From an uncultured delta proteobacterium (GTDB lineage Bacteria > Desulfobacterota > RBG-13-43-22), in assembly GCA_963802945.1 (NCBI GenBank), contig CAWDKY010000056.1, positions 1 to 11,849 of the forward strand: DNA of 11,849 bases. The letters run 5' to 3'. The notes below the pieces were generated by a model, which was given only the letters and a program-made list of their open reading frames with translations, did not search any database and was not told the DNA's origin. This document shows, in pieces, positions 9,875 to 11,849 of the stretch. Both the position numbers and the translations under genes were made by a program. The first letter of the stretch is position 1, and every line of letters begins with the position of its first letter.

Positions 9875-10000
9875 GCAGCCCGCAGGTACCACATTGGGTT
9901 GTCGGGGGCCATTCTGCAGGCAGACCTCTCTCTTGATTTTAGGTATTTCATTTTTTCGATTTTTTCGTCTTCTGATTCTTCTAGCCTTCTTAATCCTCAA
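9863..10000 (-). CDS. Putative small selenocysteine-containing or leader peptide (45 aa with UGA read-through)
   Basis: TTG at 10000 preceded by TAAGGT; MRIKKARRIRRRKNRKNEIPKIKREVCLQNGPRQPNVVPAGC-TGA(9874-9872)-RQ-TAA; SECIS-like hairpin follows. Start and N-terminal frame are uncertain given the indel rate. Confidence 0.4.
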
Positions 10001-10059
10001 TCAATTTCAACCTTAGCATGGTTATGTTTAGGTATTACTACTTTGACTATCGTTATAAT

Positions 10060-10090
10060 AGTATATAAACTCGCCATTAACCCTTGTCAA
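10060..10090 (-). promoter_or_regulatory. Sigma70-type promoter
   Basis: Perfect TTGACA at 10090-10085, then TATATA at 17-nt spacing or TATACT at 19-nt spacing (10065-10060), with AT-rich sequence upstream. Confidence 0.65.
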
Positions 10091-10137
10091 GAAAAATTTT
10101 ACAAAACCAAGACCGATTGTTAAAAAGGGGGGATTAC

Positions 10138-10839
10138 TTATTTCTTTTCGGTTGAGGGAGGGGGAATGGAGATCGTTATCGGGCGGGACAATTTAAAGAC
10201 CAGTTCCGTGCCGGCTTTAAGGAATAAATCCTCTTTCCCGGTTACATAGGCAAATACCCCGCCGGTAACTGCACCCAGGCCCACGCCCACCAAGGCACCG
10301 GATACCTGACCAAAGAGAAAACCCGCACCGGCCCCCAGGATGGCCACGCCTCCAATCAGACCCATATTATGCAAAAGATGCGCCCGGCCTGTCTTTTGAA
10401 AAGGTTCGGTGGTCAGCAGATAAGTAGTTTCATTGAGCATAAAAATCCGCACTAATTGAAGTTCGATTAAAGCCATACCACTGAAATATCCCGACTCAAC
10501 AGAACGGGAAATTACACCAAGCAATGGGATCCCTTCCGGAATCAAGGTCTTACCTCCGAGCATAATCGGCTCTTTGAGGGTGGCAAAAAAAGATTGGCCC
10601 TTTCGATGGGTGGATGTACGGATAGACTGATTTAATTGGACTTTAAATAGGGTTCCTGCAGGAATGGTTACCTGGATGGGTTCGAGTATCGGCGGGATGG
10701 TTTGCTGGGATGGTATCGTTTGGGGTGCCTTTCCTTGGTTGGAACCCATGGCCATAAGGGCCGGAGCCTCTGCCCATAAGGCAAAAAACATTAAAGGAAA
10801 GATCAATAAAAATGCCCTTTTTATTTTTGACGATCTCAT
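10138..10839 (-). CDS. Exported/membrane protein with glycine-zipper region, function unknown
   Basis: Intact 233-aa ORF: basic then hydrophobic N-terminal signal, Pro/Gln linker, beta-rich domain (VTIPAGTLFKVQLNQSI...LKAGTELVFKL) and Gly-rich hydrophobic hairpin IGGVAILGAGAGFLFG...GVGLGAVTGG. Confidence 0.75.
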   Translation of the reverse strand: MRSSKIKRAFLLIFPLMFFALWAEAPALMAMGSNQGKAPQTIPSQQTIPPILEPIQVTIPAGTLFKVQLNQSIRTSTHRKGQSFFATLKEPIMLGGKTLIPEGIPLLGVISRSVESGYFSGMALIELQLVRIFMLNETTYLLTTEPFQKTGRAHLLHNMGLIGGVAILGAGAGFLFGQVSGALVGVGLGAVTGGVFAYVTGKEDLFLKAGTELVFKLSRPITISIPPPSTEKK

Positions 10840-10851
10840 AATAAACCCATT

Positions 10852-11849
10852 TTAAGAAAAGCCCAGCAACTCTTCAAATAATTTCAGATGGGCCTGAGCG
10901 GCGGCTTGATAAGAGAATTGCCGTGCATAGAGCGACCCGGCTTGACCTAGTCGGTCTCGTAATTCAGGAGAATGGATGAGTTGTTCAACGGACAGAGCCA
11001 AATCCTCAGCCGTATTCTTCTTCAAAAGAATGCCACGATCCTGAACCAACTCAGTCAAGGCCCCCATGGGACTGCCGATAACCGGTTTTCCGGCGATCAT
11101 CCCTTCCAACAGGGTGATCCCCCAGCCTTCCTCTTCGAGGGAAACCAGAACCACTACATCGGAAGCCGAATAATAAAGGTGAAGCTGTTCCCTGGGAACC
11201 AGCCCGGCATATTGAAAATAATTTTCTAAATGGTTTTCTCGGATAAAGTTTTCAACCTGATGTTGGGTTTGATGATCGGTCACCCCTGTCGTAACGACCA
11301 ATAACTCAGGATATTTTCCTTTCAAAAGTTTCAGGGAGTTGATGACATTCATGATCCCTTTGTTCAAACGAAAAGGACTGGTGTAAAGAACAAAACGACC
11401 GGAAAACCCCAATTTATTTTTAGCTTTTTCCGTGGAAAGCTCCGGACTATCTCCCCAATCGGCCCCGACAGGAATAACCTTGATCTTTTCTTCTATAAAT
11501 CCTTTGCGTATCAGTTTTTGCCGCCAGAATTCAGAAACGGTGATTACAAAAAAACGTTTGGCCAGATGGTCTCCCAGAGAATGATAGAAGGTCTGAAAAG
11601 GTTTTAGATAGGTTTCCGGGTTAACCAAAAATTGATAATAGGGAACCTGTCTGAACAAATGGAATAGGGCTGCTACTGAAACACGGGGACGATAAGGACT
11701 GGATTGACAGAGATGGTTGACGATATTGGATGGCCCTCCGACGGAATAGAGGATGTCATAAGGCTCTTGGACTAATCTTTTTAGTTGGGTAACGGCAGCC
11801 AATCTGGATTGAAAAAATGATTTAATTCGGCTTTTGCCTGGGATTTGAC
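10852..11849 (-). CDS. Glycosyltransferase family 4 (GT-B), 5' end outside window
   Basis: ITVSEF, KIKVIPVG, RLNKGI, YSASDVVVLVS, EX7E motif EGWGITLLE, GKPVIGSPMGALTELV. The frame stays open to the window edge upstream of 11802. Confidence 0.93.
   Translation of the reverse strand, partial: QIPGKSRIKSFFQSRLAAVTQLKRLVQEPYDILYSVGGPSNIVNHLCQSSPYRPRVSVAALFHLFRQVPYYQFLVNPETYLKPFQTFYHSLGDHLAKRFFVITVSEFWRQKLIRKGFIEEKIKVIPVGADWGDSPELSTEKAKNKLGFSGRFVLYTSPFRLNKGIMNVINSLKLLKGKYPELLVVTTGVTDHQTQHQVENFIRENHLENYFQYAGLVPREQLHLYYSASDVVVLVSLEEEGWGITLLEGMIAGKPVIGSPMGALTELVQDRGILLKKNTAEDLALSVEQLIHSPELRDRLGQAGSLYARQFSYQAAAQAHLKLFEELLGFS

Noticed and set aside
9847-9940. Other minus-strand frames in the leader: GLPAEWPPTTQCGTCGLLTTIIILR* (CxxC) and MKYLKSRERSACRMAPDNPMWYLRAADDNNYP*
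   Set aside because: The CxxC frame has no start codon and the ATG frame has no clear SD. Neither can be fully excluded given the indel rate, but the GC-UGA frame has independent hairpin support.
9866-10123. 85-aa plus-strand ORF in the leader region
   Set aside because: TTG start, low-complexity Ser/Ile content and no evident RBS; it runs antisense across the minus-strand promoter.

Overview
Almost everything in this 11.8 kb window is on the minus strand. Read from right to left it holds: a GT4 glycosyltransferase (5'-truncated) and an exported glycine-zipper protein; a sigma70-type promoter and an unannotated ~45-codon ORF ending Gly-Cys-UGA, followed by a SECIS-like hairpin; a visibly AT-richer four-gene module (COG2000-like Fe-S protein, NAD-dependent epimerase/SDR, stand-alone ABC ATPase, HypB/UreG/CobW-type GTPase); a decayed IS91-like transposase fragment; a degraded Rrf2 regulator; and a sulfur cluster metY-metX-metW-iscS-fdhD (fdhD runs off the window). 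Between metX and metW is a nested mobile structure: a MITE with terminal inverted repeats and a TTAT duplication, carrying two REP-like palindromes and an intact IS200/IS605 tnpA element. Most genes are split by single-base frameshifts, many at homopolymers, which looks like uncorrected long-read error, so CDS boundaries were rebuilt by hand across frames. The gene set suggests an anaerobic bacterium, possibly Desulfobacterota (inference only). The best candidate for an undescribed system is the putative Cys-Sec leader peptide/SECIS unit placed in front of the Fe-S/SDR/ATPase/GTPase module next to sulfur-assimilation genes.
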